From assembly GCA_002811645.1 (NCBI GenBank), contig PDIP01000082.1, forward strand, positions 73,305 through 137,304: a stretch of 64,000 bases of DNA, in the 5' to 3' direction. The DNA comes from Corallochytrium limacisporum Hawaii (taxonomy: Eukaryota > Protista > Pluriformea). The notes under the pieces were generated by a model, which saw nothing but the letters and a program-made list of their open reading frames with translations, was not told where the DNA came from and made no database searches. This document shows, piece by piece, positions 46,678 to 57,752 of the stretch. Each line of letters starts with the position of its first letter. The stretch's first letter is position 1. Made by a program: the position numbers and the translations under genes.

Positions 46678-47880
46678 TCATGGGACATGCGCCCCGAGGT
46701 GTATGGTCTCCATAGCGCAGTGACGACTGCAAACCTGGTGCGCGAGGGGCATGAGGCTGAAGGGTCCAGACCGTAGGGCCCGACAGGTTTCCGGGGCCAT
46801 GTAGTTGTGGCTGATGCAAACGAAAGGATCCGTGTAGTATGGACCCTTGCAGTAGTGGCAAGTCTGCGGCTCACCAACCACATTGTCGATTACGTCCTTG
46901 GGGATGATCTTCTGCAGACGTCCCATCGGCATCGTCCGAATGACCACGCGAGAGGCCAGTGATTGCAATGTCTGCACCCCCGGGTCAACGATCCGTGGAA
47001 CAACCTCGTCATCAATGGGCAGGTCGCAGTTGAAGCTTACCAGGCTGCGCAATTTGCAGAATTCGTACGGCAGCGAGGAAAGGTTGTTGCCCTTGCAGTA
47101 CAGGACGGACAGCTGCGTGAGGTTACCGAGTTCCGGGATAAGCGCGGTCAGACGATTGTTGCGCACATAAAGCCAAGACAACTTCGCTAGACGACCCATG
47201 CTCCGTGGCAGTGTTGTGATGAGATTGCTCGTCACATCAAGGATGGTCAGATTGCGAAGGTCCCCGATGCTCTCCGGCAGCTCCTCCAGGGCGCAGTTGT
47301 AAGCGTAGACCACGGACAGGTTTCCGCACTGAGTGATTTCCTCCGGCAGGTGCTTCAAAGTAGGATTATTGCTAAGATAGATCTTTTCCAAAGATTGACA
47401 TTGCCCGATTTCCGGTGGCAGCTCTACCAATTCGTTGCTGTGCAGGTCGAGGACGGTGATGTTGAGCTCTGTAAAGAACTCGCCCGGCAGTGTCCTCAAA
47501 CCATTGTCATTGAGGTAGACCGTCGTCAGGCTGCGCATGCTGACGATGGACTTGGGTATGCTTCCGATACGGTTAGTGGTCAAGTCCAAAAGGTGAGCCT
47601 TGGCCATCTGTGTTACTTCTGAGGGCAAGCAAGTCAGTGCCCGGTCGAACAGATAGATCTCTTGGTCGTGGACGGTCATAACGGCCACAGAACCATTGGG
47701 CAAGGTCACAGGGATCACTTCTTTCTCCGGATGTCGCACCAAAGACACCTCCTTACTGATGGAGTCAATGGTTACGTTGAGTCCGATTTCTGGGTGAGTA
47801 AAATAGTCCATTCTGTTAGGCATGAAGAGGGCGCGCAGACCAGCCGTCTGAGCTCCAAGAACTCCCGGACTATCGATCAT
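46678..47880 (-). CDS. Leucine-rich repeat protein
   Basis: About 9 LxxLxLxxNxLxxLPxxI repeats; C-terminal TLQSLASR segment and Cys cluster. Confidence 0.92.
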   Translation of the reverse strand: MIDSPGVLGAQTAGLRALFMPNRMDYFTHPEIGLNVTIDSISKEVSLVRHPEKEVIPVTLPNGSVAVMTVHDQEIYLFDRALTCLPSEVTQMAKAHLLDLTTNRIGSIPKSIVSMRSLTTVYLNDNGLRTLPGEFFTELNITVLDLHSNELVELPPEIGQCQSLEKIYLSNNPTLKHLPEEITQCGNLSVVYAYNCALEELPESIGDLRNLTILDVTSNLITTLPRSMGRLAKLSWLYVRNNRLTALIPELGNLTQLSVLYCKGNNLSSLPYEFCKLRSLVSFNCDLPIDDEVVPRIVDPGVQTLQSLASRVVIRTMPMGRLQKIIPKDVIDNVVGEPQTCHYCKGPYYTDPFVCISHNYMAPETCRALRSGPFSLMPLAHQVCSRHCAMETIHLGAHVP

Positions 47881-48762
47881 GGTTACTGATTCTTTAACTG
47901 TAGTTCAAATACGGTCCTTGTGGCAAGTCTGCTTTCTTCACTGTCCGCCACTTAACTCTACCACATTACTATTGGACGTTCCTGTAGGTACACAATATAT
48001 TTCTTTAGTCGCACTAGAGCTCTACTATTGCTCGATTCTTCACGTGCCGGTGTCCAACCCCGCATGGTGCGCGATCGCGGTGCCACCTTATACCTGCAAT
48101 GTCTGCCACATCATCGTGGGGCCCGTAATCCTCCGTCTCGTTCCCATTCTCCTGCTCACATACTGCCACAGCAGTGGTGAAGTTGTCGGCTGTGCGGACA
48201 CGTACATGCGCCGCTAATTCATTACGGCAACGTCTCTACCGTGGACTATTGCGAGCCTGCGCGCACCAGACTGCTCGCCGGGCCTCGCGCGAGGGGGGGG
48301 CGAAACGACCCGCGAGGCGGGAACGACAATCTATCTGGGTCCGACAAAACTGAGAGAAATTTATCAGTTTATTTATTATTGAATGTGAAATTTCTCGACG
48401 GACGGAAACGCAGTGGACGAGGGTCGCCCGCAGCACAGAAAACCCGTCGCTGATCCCCCCGACCAATCGATCATCTTCGGTTCCTTTGCGGTTCGTTTCC
48501 CCCAGCGCGCGCGATAGGCGATGTGCAGACAAATATGCATCCGCCCTTGTGATGTCAGAACATTTTGTACCGAAATTGTCGTGGTAGTCACATCTCTACC
48601 TATCTTTTCTTTGTTCTCCCTTCGATTCATATCGCACGGGGACGGAAGGCCCCTCCCCCCCCCTCTCCATTTTCCAAACCACCACGGTCCAAACGGGCGG
48701 GTGAGTTCCTTAGTCGGCCCCGAAGGAACAGAACGGAACGGCAGGGAAGGGAAGGGTGGGGG

Positions 48763-49034
48763 NNNNNNNNNNNNNNNNNNNNNNNNNNNNNNNNNNNNNN
48801 NNNNNNNNNNNNNNNNNNNNNNNNNNNNNNNNNNNNNNNNNNNNNNNNNNNNNNNNNNNNNNNNNNNNNNNNNNNNNNNNNNNNNNNNNNNNNNNNNNNN
48901 NNNNNNNNNNNNNNNNNNNNNNNNNNNNNNNNNNNNNNNNNNNNNNNNNNNNNNNNNNNNNNNNNNNNNNNNNNNNNNNNNNNNNNNNNNNNNNNNNNNN
49001 NNNNNNNNNNNNNNNNNNNNNNNNNNNNNNNNNN
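48763..49034. other. Assembly gap (N run)
   Basis: Run of N with a G-rich left flank and a C-rich right flank. Confidence 0.99.
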
Positions 49035-50716
49035 CCCTCCCTCCCTCCTTCCACCTCACCGTGGCTGGGATACGGCTGAAGGTAGGCGATCAGCGGCCCA
49101 AAACAAAGGAAAAAAAGAGAGAGAGAGAAAAAGGGAGCTAAATTTTACTTCTCTTGGGAGTTATTTTCTTAAACTTCCCGCTTCCCAAGATCAAATTTTT
49201 TCCAGTTCTTTTATTATCGAAAATGGTGGAACACACGATCGCTCAGACCCCAAAATGGAAGGAATGATAGGAGAAATGCAGCAGAAACCACGGTGGAAAT
49301 TTTTTCTTATCCTCCCCGCTCTCGTACCATTCAAGAGAAAGAAGAGAAATTTTTCTCGGCTCCCGCGACCCTCTCTCCGTACTTTTAGTACTGCACACAT
49401 TTGAATCAGAGCAGCACTGCAACACTTCGAGCGGTACCAGAGCAAGAGAAAAACGCGGGCCGGCCCTGCGCTGGACGGACTCACAACCGAGGAGCCGGGA
49501 ACCGGGGAGGACAGTGCGGGGCAGTAGAGGAAATGAAACCTGGACAGTAAAAGCCCAAAGGGGACGATCCGATCCAAGCGAGCGATAGAGAGCTGGAGCC
49601 CGGGAGCAAAGGCGAGGGAAGAAAACGGTTAGGGGGGAGAATTGGGCAGGTAAAAGACGGGACCTTGAGAGCCGAGAGCGCCCATGCCCGCCTACTACTC
49701 CCACCGCAAAACCAAACCAAACCAAAAAGAATTTTAAAAGGAAAGAAAGAAAGAAAGGGGGGAGGAGCATATGAATATTAGCAAGCAAAAAAGGGAACGA
49801 AGAAAGAAGAAGAAGAAACAGGAAAAAATGTAGTTCAGTTTTGTTTTTTTTTATTTTTCTGCATAGCCCCGGTGTGTGCTCACGGGGCAATCCCAAGGCC
49901 AGGTATTTTTAACCCCAAGAGCGGGTCAGGATAAAGGCGAAAAAAGAAACGAAAAAATACACGACCAGAACTGGCGATTTGCCAGCGCCCCGCACGGGGC
50001 CAAAAACCCCGGGGCTTGGGGGCGGGAGGACACTGGGAAGAGCGATGGGAAAGAGAAAAAGTCCCAAGGGTCCAAATTTAATCGGGGCGGGACACCCTTT
50101 GCGGGGAGAAAAGCCTCGTGCCCGGTCCACACACCATTTCGACAGGATCACGGAAAGAGATGGATTGTTGCGATGGTAATTTGATAGTAAATGTACTGAA
50201 GTGACATTCCTAATTTGATAGCCTCTGCCAAAAGTATCGCACCACTGTGTTTTTTTTAGAGCGCGCTACCTCTGGTGGGACCTTCCCCCCCCCCTACCGC
50301 CCAAACCTCCTATGCCCCCGACCGTGCCTTTGCACAGTTTCTACTGGCAGTACAAAAAGTATAGAGAAAAACAACTTACCACGGGCGTACAAGAATAGTG
50401 CCTTGGGGTCAGGTTCCGGTCAGCAGAGGCCAAGTGGCGAAAACGGAGGGTGAGGTCCCGAGACAGGCAAGTTGTGCTCGGGTCGGTGGATCCGTCCATT
50501 GAAGAATGCAGCATGCAAAACAAAGCATCAAAGACCTAACAGAGGCTGGACGTGAACGTAAATTCACCTACGTCACCTCCATGTGCATCACGTTGACGTT
50601 GAATGACACATCGTGAGCTGCCTGCCTTTGGAATCGCGAACCACTCCCCAAAGATGTGTGCCGGGGGTTCGGGACAGACCCGCACTTACACACACACCCA
50701 AAGAGAGAAGAGACAC

Positions 50717-50727
50717 AGAGAGAGAGA

Positions 50728-50780
<53 letters not shown>
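50717..50780. repeat. (GA)n microsatellite
   Basis: About 30 near-perfect AG units. Confidence 0.95.
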
Positions 50781-51982
50781 TGAGCAGTGGTGGTCGGGGA
50801 GGAGGGGAGAGTTTGGTGGTGGGCGAAAGGAGGAGAAGGAGAGCGGGCGGAGTGGCAAGGCGACGGATGATGGCCCTTTCTAACCGGAGGCCAATCAATT
50901 GGCTTGCTGCCCTTTGAAGGCAAAAAAAAAAAAAAACCGACAAGGGAGAAGTAACTGACGCATGCGCGCGAGGAGATTACGGCGGAAACCGGTGGAGGGG
51001 GAAGGGTAGAGATACGGCGGAAGGCGAAAATTGGGAGCCCATTATGTACTGATTGAGTACAGAACGGGTGGTGTAGATAAAACCGTTCGGGCAAATGAGA
51101 GGAGGCGATTGGAGACGGTGACACCCAAATGAGAGGGGCTGAGGGGCTTTATCTGCCGCAGTTGGTAGTGCAAATGTACTGAAGTATTGGAGAACCGTGT
51201 ATCGGGCTGAACGGACCCCGTTGCATGTAAATCGGTGGGAGGCGACGGGAGTTGATGGTTGTCATAATCACATCGACGACCTCATCATTAGGATCTGCTG
51301 TATCTGCGGCGAAGTGTGCGCACAATAATGTGGTTAAAGAGCTGGTGAAACGGGTCTGGCGATCTCTTCCTGTGTGTCGCAAAACTTGATCATTGGGATT
51401 GTGAACATTCGGACTGTGCTTGAAGATAAGGTATGGGTAGTGTTGATATTCTCAAGACAAGAACCACAGCCGCAGAGGAATCTGTTATATCATAAGAATA
51501 ATCTCTTCTCGATCCTGGAAGCATGCATTCTGGAACATGCTCGGTAGCATGGACTTGTCCTGGGAACTATGCTACCGCCTGACTTATCTTATTTCCTACA
51601 TCCATCAATGGATGTCCGTGCGTACCTTACGGTGACTTCCCCAGCTCGCTATTGTGGAGGAAGGGGGGGTGACGACCGGACGGTATTTTGGCTGTGCGCA
51701 GGAAGGTTGGAGGGAGAAGACCCCGGGGGGAGGGGGTTGGCTTTCAAATTTTCGCGCCGGAAAAGCCAGTCTTGCCCACTTGCGTGTGCACGTAGGTTCC
51801 AAACTGGACAACCAAATATTTGAACTGTGTACATACTTTATAAACCCTCCCCAACCCACCCGGGGGGGGGGGGTAGGGGGGGAACTCCTTCATCTCGGAA
51901 AATTGGTGGGGGGGGAGAGGTCGAATTCAGTATACGGAATTGATTGTGGCATTTCGGGCCCATTCCGCACAGAGTCTCGACT

Positions 51983-52936
51983 TCACTCTCCCTTGCGCTT
52001 CTTAGCAAGTTCCTGGGCCATCGCATCAAAGGCCCTTGCAGGGTCACCGCTGACAAAGCGACCAGCTAGAACAGTGGTTTCTTCGTCGTTGGCTTTGTTC
52101 ATGCCTTCGCGGTAGCCGATGTTTAGTAACTGTTTGCCATGGACCAAAGAATCTGTGGGGTACTCGGCAATTCGGTCGGTGATCTTCTTCAATTCTTCCT
52201 CGAACTTGTCATCATCAAATACTCGACTCACCATACCAGCCTGATGCATTTCCTCGGCAGTCATGATCTTGCCGGCGAGTAGGACATCGCCGGCAATTTG
52301 ACGACCCATGATTCTCGGAAAGGTAAAGGACGACGTACCTTCCGGCGCAAGGCCAAGCTTCATGAATGGTGCACTCATGTATGCCGAGCGTGTCGCGTAG
52401 ATCATGTCAAAGGTACCTAGAACTGCTGCCATGATGCCAATCACAGGACCGTTCATACCACAGATCAGAGGTTTGGAGAAGTTGCCAAAGGCCCGGGCCA
52501 TCTTTGCGGAACCATTTGCGATTGTAGACCGCGCATGGTGATACGCCTCGCCGGGCGTGCCATCATACTTGGCAGCACTGTACAAAAGACCATCTGGCTC
52601 AGATGCCTGATTTACGTCTGCTCCTGTTGACAAGAAGCGACCCGTGCCACGGAGGACCAGGCACTTCACTCGCGGGTCCTGATCCGCGTCCCGCAGCATG
52701 GCACTGGTTTGGTCATACATCTCCCACCGGATAGCATTGCCTTGCTTTGGCCTGTTCAAAGTCATGGTTGCAATCCCGTTAGGAGCTACATCGTAGAGAA
52801 TTTGATCTTGCGCGTTTTCCGCAACTTCTGCGGAGCTTGCGTACGACCTTGCTGCAACCAAACCGCCAGCCACTGGCCTGAAGCTCTGGGCGCTGATTCT
52901 ACGACCCGCAGTCGGGACAAGTTTCGTTACCAACAT
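51983..52936 (-). CDS. Enoyl-CoA delta isomerase (ECI2-like crotonase) with mitochondrial presequence
   Basis: TMTLNRPKQGNA, STGADV, MNGPVIGI, APFMKLGLAPEGTSSFTFPRIMG; presequence ending ARSYAS. Confidence 0.88.
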   Translation of the reverse strand: MLVTKLVPTAGRRISAQSFRPVAGGLVAARSYASSAEVAENAQDQILYDVAPNGIATMTLNRPKQGNAIRWEMYDQTSAMLRDADQDPRVKCLVLRGTGRFLSTGADVNQASEPDGLLYSAAKYDGTPGEAYHHARSTIANGSAKMARAFGNFSKPLICGMNGPVIGIMAAVLGTFDMIYATRSAYMSAPFMKLGLAPEGTSSFTFPRIMGRQIAGDVLLAGKIMTAEEMHQAGMVSRVFDDDKFEEELKKITDRIAEYPTDSLVHGKQLLNIGYREGMNKANDEETTVLAGRFVSGDPARAFDAMAQELAKKRKGE

Positions 52937-54022
52937 GATTCAATCTAGTTCAGCTTTCTACCGATCTACAGACCGTTTACTTCAACATTACACGCAACCA
53001 CCGGAACGCCCACACGACTTTCCCTTCAAATACGTGGCACACTGGCCGGACGATCTAAAAATAAAATGGTGTTCCACGGTCACCGCAAGCGCCCCCCCCC
53101 CCTCCCCCCCCTTCTCCCTTTCGTCTGTCGTTTTCATTCCCTGTCCAACCAAACCTCCCTCGGGATCTATTAGCAATGTCCGGTACTTCGATCATATGCA
53201 CAACACTGGCCGGTGGGATTGAGTGCATGAGAGGTGAGACCGCAGGTGCCCTACTGGGTCCCAGGAAGACCTTACTGCTGGCCCGGCAAATACGGCTGCG
53301 TAATCATTCGACGAAGCCACCGGTGGTACTGAAGGGCATAGTGGAGAAGACACCATAGTGAAACTATGGAATCTGGTCGGTACCCCCCTCCTTTTTTTTC
53401 TCGTTGTGCCTCCCACCCCCTCTCCGTTCCGTGCGGAAAGAAAATGGGAGTCCAGTTTCAATGGGGGGCACAGCCAATAAGTGTTCCAGTTTTCTTGTTG
53501 AGTTTGCGGGGTCCGTAATATTTGGCTCTTTCGAATACCGCTCGTGATATTTGTGGCCAAGGTGTCCGTTTTTGGTACCCAAGCCATAGAAAAGCAGGAT
53601 TGGAATATTCCGGGCAGCTTTTGGCGCAAACAAGGGAACAGAATCAAAAATTGGTACATTCACTATAGGAACCATGGCAGGCACCGCACCCGAAAGATTC
53701 CGCGAAATGTCGTACGCGTGGAGTGGAAGCCGAAGCCCAAAACGCCGCGAAGAATTTCAAAAGTAACGTGCAAATCGCAAGTACGCCTCGGGGTCTCTTG
53801 ACTCTCGCGCTTTCGCTGCGCAGCCACCAGGATAATATGGCGCTGAGTTCTTGAACATGCGCGAGCAATTTCTTCTTTGGTGCTTTCGTGAACATGAACT
53901 ATGGAACATGATAGGTTAAGAAACAAAAGGTACTTTAAACAGGAACACTCATCAACAGTGGGCTTGTCAGCTTGGTGACTACGCAATGGTTTTCAGGTTT
54001 AAGTGAAATACAAGCATTCAAC

Positions 54023-54919
54023 ATGCCCGAATCTACTGCAGAAAAGAGCACTGATGCTTCCGGCAAGCGTACTGTTCTCGAAGTGGACGCAGACACCGAT
54101 CGGTTCAACGAAGTTCTTCGGGAAAACTTGCCGCAATACATGATCAACTGCCTCGTCGCTGCCGGTTTTGATAGCGAGGAACTGATTTCCAGTCTCCGGG
54201 TGCGGCCTCTACGCGGCACAACTTCTGATGATGATCTTGCTGCTATTGAAGACTACGTGGAGGAAGCTCTTCGTAACGATAAGGAATACACCGGTCCCAC
54301 CCCCATTCGTGATGGTGTGCCGTTCCGATTCTTGATCGGCCACCGCAGGAAGCTCGCCCTGTTTGTTATGCACTTGCAGCAGAAGAATGCAGCGTCCTTG
54401 CGCAAAAAGAGGCGCGGATTTTCTAGTGGCATATCTAGTCATGGTGTAACGACTGACCCTGATACCATGCTGGCTAGGCTAAGTGACGCGCTCGGTATCT
54501 GGTGCGTGAAGCAGAAGGAAGACCGCCTGCGCTATCTGGTGGAAGGCCGTGACTACCAGGTACAGATTAAGACACAGAAGGGACGAAGTGAAGCTCGCTG
54601 CTTGTGCAACCACTGCAACAAGAGTTTCTTGTTGTCCACATCCGGTGACCGGTCGGTTCCAATTATATCAAATTTCACCAAGCATATTAAGGGCTGCAGC
54701 GAATACATTCTCAACTGGCAGAACGAAAACTTCGGCAAGACGGGCGGTAAGGACGGTGAGGCACCCACCCCTGCAGTGCCGAAATATGGACCCCAGGGAA
54801 CAGACAAAGAGCCGGGTGAGAAGGAACCTGGAACCCCAGCGAAGAGCACCCCCGCTAAACCAACTCAAGGCTCCACGGCTACCCCAACCAGAAAGGGCGT
54901 CAGTTCTTTGCCACCTTAA
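54023..54919 (+). CDS. Unknown protein with a helical domain and a BED-like Zn finger, resembling a transposon N-terminus
   Basis: aacATG start; LPQYMINCLVAAGFD...FRFLIGHR; CNHC...ISNFTKHIKGC; basic RKKRR NLS-like stretch. Confidence 0.8.
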   Translation: MPESTAEKSTDASGKRTVLEVDADTDRFNEVLRENLPQYMINCLVAAGFDSEELISSLRVRPLRGTTSDDDLAAIEDYVEEALRNDKEYTGPTPIRDGVPFRFLIGHRRKLALFVMHLQQKNAASLRKKRRGFSSGISSHGVTTDPDTMLARLSDALGIWCVKQKEDRLRYLVEGRDYQVQIKTQKGRSEARCLCNHCNKSFLLSTSGDRSVPIISNFTKHIKGCSEYILNWQNENFGKTGGKDGEAPTPAVPKYGPQGTDKEPGEKEPGTPAKSTPAKPTQGSTATPTRKGVSSLPP

Positions 54920-55094
54920 ACCCGAAATAGGATATCAATATCACTTTCCAAACAGGATATAGTCCCATCACACATCGTTATACATCTATCCATGTTCGAT
55001 TTTGCTCACATGTTTGAGCATCTTGTTCATGTCCTCTTGCAAGTCATGGAACATCTCAAAACGAGTCATGGCCAATTGTATTTAGATTATTGCA

Positions 55095-57752
55095 TTACGC
55101 CGATTGTTCGGTCATAGATGTGTAGGAGAGAGCATTCTTAACAGCCACATCGACAATGTTGTGGGCAGTCCTTTCGTTCTCCTTTTGTTCCTGCTTCTTA
55201 GCTTTGGACTGTTCTTTTCGCTCTTTGGTTTTAGCTTGACGCTCTCGCTTTTCCTTCAACTTGGCCTCCTTGGCAGCCTCCTTGGCCTCTTTCTTATCGT
55301 CAGCCTTGGCCTCCTTCTTGTCCTCTGCCTTGATGTCCCTCTTGTCGTCGGTGTTTACATCCTTCTTGCCGTCCTTTTTCGCGTCCTTCTTATCATTGTT
55401 CTTACCGTCCTTTTTGGCGTCCTTCCTGGCATCTTTCTTGTCGTCCTTCTTGTCTGCCTTCTTCTCGGGTTTGACATCCTTCTTCTCGGGTTTGACATCC
55501 TTCTTCTCAGGCTTGCTGTCCTTCCTGTCCGACTTACCATCCTTCTTTCCCTTTTCCGGTTTCCTGTCTTCTAACTTAGACTTTCCATTGCCATCCTTAC
55601 CCTTCTTCTTTTCATTGTTGCCGTTGCTTCCGTTATCTGCTTTGGGCGGACGAAAGAGAACAGGTGCAGCGTTGGACCCGATGGTCGAAGGGAAGGATGT
55701 GTCCTTTTTGTTGCGACCACCTTTTGTACCATCATTGACGGCCCTTTCCTGGCCCTTCTTGTTCTTGCCCTTTCCGTCCCTAGTAGGTGGTGCGTCTTCC
55801 TTGAAAATTTTGCCTTCCTTGACATTTCCAACGACCATCACGGTGGTGGCCGTGATACCGCCCGTCTGACCAGGTGCACGAACTCGTACTTGTGTTACCA
55901 TCTCATCCTTTGGACCATCTTTACCAAAGCCTGGGCGCACCTTTCCCCCACTCTGTAGCCCTTGGTCTTCCTTGGTTTTCTTTGTATCCTTTGTTCGGCG
56001 TTCGTTTATGACATCACGAAGATCCTTATCGTTACCACGTTGATTTTGCCCTTGACCAATCCGCCCCTCGCCGTTTGCTTGCTCCTCGACAACATCATTA
56101 TTGACTTCGTCATCCTGGCTCTGACCACCTTTGCGGGGCTCCCAAGGTTCTAGCATTCCCATTGAGATGTAGTGTTCCAGAATCTCCGGCTTGGTCAAGC
56201 CAAGGATATCCTGTGCCTCACGCACGGTCGCATAGTAAAGCTGGACTCGTCCAAGCTCATCGTAATACTCCAGCGGCAGACGCAGGTGGCCTTGCGCGTC
56301 CTTGTATGCCTTGTAGGGGTTGGCAGGCACTTCTTGACCCGCATCCAGTGCACGGTCGTTGATACCCATGGATCCTGATCCAGCTCCATAACTACCATCG
56401 TTGCTGTGTGGTCCGTAGCTGCCCCCGACATCCAAGGATTGATCGTTCAGACCCATTCGACCACCCGGGCCAGATAGGCCACGTCCCGGATCCTGCCCGT
56501 AATTAGCACGTCCAGCGACATCTCCTAGGTTGTTCTGAACTCCGACACCGTACGGAGCTTCATACCCCATGTCCTGGTACACGTCCGGCATGCCACCGTC
56601 TGAGACTGGGAACGACTGCTGGCGGGCTGCTGTGAGTCCCGTCTCGAGTAGTCCATTGTCGATCATGGGTGTCGGTGTCATCCCCATAAAATCTGATCGG
56701 TACTGCTGGTTATCTGCTTGTGGCTGGAAACCAAATCCAGCACCCTGTGCTGCACCCATGCCAAAAGTCATTCCAAAATTTGCCGCAGGCCAACGCGCAT
56801 TCATGGCAGTGTTCGCCGGATATCCGTAGCTTTCTCGCTGGCTTACTGATTGCCAGTTGTTCTGCTGGAAATTGTTCCACTGGCCACCAGTATTACCCAC
56901 ATCATTTCCGTAGAATTGATTGTTGGGAACTTCTTGGTCATTCACATCCTTGCCCATGTCGTCATTTTTGGTACCCTGCATGTCGTTCGCTTCCTGACTC
57001 GGATCATCTTGACGTTTCCTCTGCGCAGCTGCCCGTGCCCCCCAATCATCAGTTTCATTAGATGCATTGGCATTTACCCGTGACGGGCTACGCTTAGCGT
57101 CCTTGCTGTTCCCTCCTTGCATTGCGTTGAATTGAGGAGGCATCAAAGGCAGCGGCATGTTCGGATCGAAACCTCCGCTAAGAGGTGCCGCAAGGATGCT
57201 TGAGGTTGCATCCTGCAAGAAGCTGTCAATGTGTTGCTGAAATTCTGCGTCAACGGTCGGAGGAATAAGTGGGGCCGGAGGATTTGTATTCTTTCCTGTT
57301 CCGCCATTGCTTGATCCAGTCGTCGCTCCGCCCGCTGCTTGAACGTCAGAATCCTTTGTTGTCGCAGTCGTAGCGTTCTCCAAACGCGCACTTGATAAGG
57401 TAGCTGTTCCCTGCCCCCGTAGTGCACTGGCGTACGAACCCATGCGTCCCGAAGACCCCGATGAAGACGGTTGGGATACAGCTCCCTGGCTAGCGGCAAT
57501 GTTCGATCCCGAAGTTGACCGGGTAAACGAAGACGTGGCAGCACGGGCTGCGGTTGCTCCTGGGGTAGGAGGTGGACCCAGAGGTGTTGTTCCCGCCCGG
57601 GAAGAACGACCACGGTAGGTACCGCTGGTTGGTCTTCCTCTGGATGCCGGTGCTCCGTAGCCGTCTCTTCGGTACCCGCTCGCGGGCTTTGAACCGAAGC
57701 CGGAGCCAGGTCGCCCGCTGCTGGTCCTCGATGACCCTGGACCTGTATTCAT
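55095..57752 (-). CDS. Hypothetical low-complexity protein, 885 aa (G/S/R-rich, Q/N/G-rich, KD-rich tail)
   Basis: 2.66 kb ORF with consistent codon usage; mostly disordered composition. Confidence 0.8.
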   Translation of the reverse strand: MNTGPGSSRTSSGRPGSGFGSKPASGYRRDGYGAPASRGRPTSGTYRGRSSRAGTTPLGPPPTPGATAARAATSSFTRSTSGSNIAASQGAVSQPSSSGSSGRMGSYASALRGQGTATLSSARLENATTATTKDSDVQAAGGATTGSSNGGTGKNTNPPAPLIPPTVDAEFQQHIDSFLQDATSSILAAPLSGGFDPNMPLPLMPPQFNAMQGGNSKDAKRSPSRVNANASNETDDWGARAAAQRKRQDDPSQEANDMQGTKNDDMGKDVNDQEVPNNQFYGNDVGNTGGQWNNFQQNNWQSVSQRESYGYPANTAMNARWPAANFGMTFGMGAAQGAGFGFQPQADNQQYRSDFMGMTPTPMIDNGLLETGLTAARQQSFPVSDGGMPDVYQDMGYEAPYGVGVQNNLGDVAGRANYGQDPGRGLSGPGGRMGLNDQSLDVGGSYGPHSNDGSYGAGSGSMGINDRALDAGQEVPANPYKAYKDAQGHLRLPLEYYDELGRVQLYYATVREAQDILGLTKPEILEHYISMGMLEPWEPRKGGQSQDDEVNNDVVEEQANGEGRIGQGQNQRGNDKDLRDVINERRTKDTKKTKEDQGLQSGGKVRPGFGKDGPKDEMVTQVRVRAPGQTGGITATTVMVVGNVKEGKIFKEDAPPTRDGKGKNKKGQERAVNDGTKGGRNKKDTSFPSTIGSNAAPVLFRPPKADNGSNGNNEKKKGKDGNGKSKLEDRKPEKGKKDGKSDRKDSKPEKKDVKPEKKDVKPEKKADKKDDKKDARKDAKKDGKNNDKKDAKKDGKKDVNTDDKRDIKAEDKKEAKADDKKEAKEAAKEAKLKEKRERQAKTKERKEQSKAKKQEQKENERTAHNIVDVAVKNALSYTSMTEQSA
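55459..55515 (-). repeat. 21-bp coding tandem repeat (KPEKKDV) inside a KKD-rich tail
   Basis: ttcttctcgggtttgacatcc twice plus a partial copy. Confidence 0.85.

Noticed and set aside
51965-51990. KSRL in a shifted frame past the ECI stop (cryptic PTS1)
   Set aside because: It is followed by a sense codon rather than a stop, and no splice or slippery site links to it
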